A stretch of DNA of 64,000 nt from the NCBI GenBank assembly GCA_965649765.1, contig OZ287757.1, positions 16,616,001-16,680,000 of the forward strand. Reading direction: 5' to 3'. The position numbers were made by a program, and so were the translations under genes. Below the pieces are notes generated by a model. The model saw nothing but the letters and a program-made list of their open reading frames with translations. It searched no databases and was not told where the DNA came from. Shown in pieces: positions 62,845-64,000 of this stretch. The first letter of the stretch is position 1; every line of letters begins with the position of its first letter. The DNA comes from Bispira polyomma (lineage: Eukaryota).

Positions 62845-64000
62845 GGACGTCGGTGTAGCACAAGATACTGACTCCCCTATATTTGTCACTGGGGAGTCAG
62901 TATTTTGCAAGGGGGTTGCTATATTCTGACTCCCCTGCAAAATACTGACTCCCCTGGAGCAAATCATTGATAATGAGATCAGGGTGGGGGCTTGGGGATT
63001 ATTTTGCAGGGGATTATATATAGGCCTTTGTTAAGGGATTGGAATAAAAGGGAAAACTAGTCTAACTTAAGATTTTATATACATACTAATAAAAATTATA
63101 TTTCATTAATATCATATAGTGAGATTTCTTCTGTCTATTTAAACTGTATAGGCACATAAACTATATTTTGTATACATCTAGCATTTAGTGTCATTTCTCT
63201 TTTCACAAACAAACATTAAAAGGAATAAAAATTATATTATTATTAATTTATGTACAGCCACGGTCTTGAGAACAATGTCCAGCCAACTTATCAACCACCA
63301 CAGTATCCAGGCTACCAGCCTTATTTTGTGCCCTCAGTTTCTTATCAGCACCCAGTATAAAATTACCATTCCATTACCATAGCATTAACAAGATGTTAAA
63401 TGCCATCAGTATAACTGACAATAATCAAAGACATTGTATGTTAACACACTGTAATGTAAGTGAGTCCTATCATATTTTTTTGTTAAACATTTTTTTCTTT
63501 TTATTGTTTTTTTTTATGACAAATAACATCACAAATACAGTTACACAAATCAGTAAGTAAGTAATAAACTATTACTTTTTGACATGTATATTATTAATGT
63601 AAATGTTCATTTAATGTTTAATAAGTATATATCTACTAAATACATTGCTCTATTATTGTATAATCAATAATAAATGTTACTAATTCCACCACAATTTATA
63701 ACTTTTCCCACTGATGAGTAGATCACATTGATCACAAGTTAAACACTTAACTGACTGAACCACACAAGAATAATCAAAAGTCTAACCCAAACACTAATTG
63801 CAATCACTGATTATCACTGATAGAGTATATCAGTGATACAAAGGCCTGGGAGTCAGTATTTGACAGTGGAATTTGGCTGCAATTGAGAGGGGTATTTGGC
63901 TGCAATATTTAGACTCCCTAATCCCCTATTGTGAGGGAGTGCAAATTTTGTTTGCCAAATAATGACTCCCCTAAAAGATCAAAGAAGGGAGTCAGTATTT
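62845..64000. mobile_element. Probable TIR element with reiterated subterminal motif, truncated by the window end
   Basis: Multiple ATACTGACTCCCC / GGGAGTCAGTATTT copies in both orientations at 62867-62955 and 63848-64000. Confidence 0.5.

Noticed and set aside
267-63382. Remaining short ORFs (60-160 aa) in the track
   Set aside because: Intronic, antisense to exons or within repeats; no recognisable domains or supporting splice structure.

Overview
AT-rich animal genomic DNA; the repeat types suggest a mollusc or other lophotrochozoan, which is an inference. Almost the whole window is one minus-strand gene, an FNDC3A/B-like fibronectin type III domain protein. I traced 22 coding exons by hand from 57116 down to 1121, all with GT-AG boundaries and consistent phases; the 3' end lies beyond position 1. 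There is a probable alternative N-terminal exon (45995-46382) and a candidate promoter at ~60.2 kb (two ZNF143/Staf-type sites plus a CRE). The introns hold a full-length but damaged 3149-bp hAT transposon (8-bp TSD), tRNA-derived SINEs with TSDs, Helentron/HINE-like elements and several MITEs. The most unusual feature is that at least 11 exon-intron junctions have been tandemly copied into the adjacent intron (2 to ~35 copies of 51-107 bp), producing ladders of decoy splice sites. Donor ladders are mostly in frame; the acceptor copies I translated introduce stops or frameshifts. One further array is an amplified tRNA-like SINE head.
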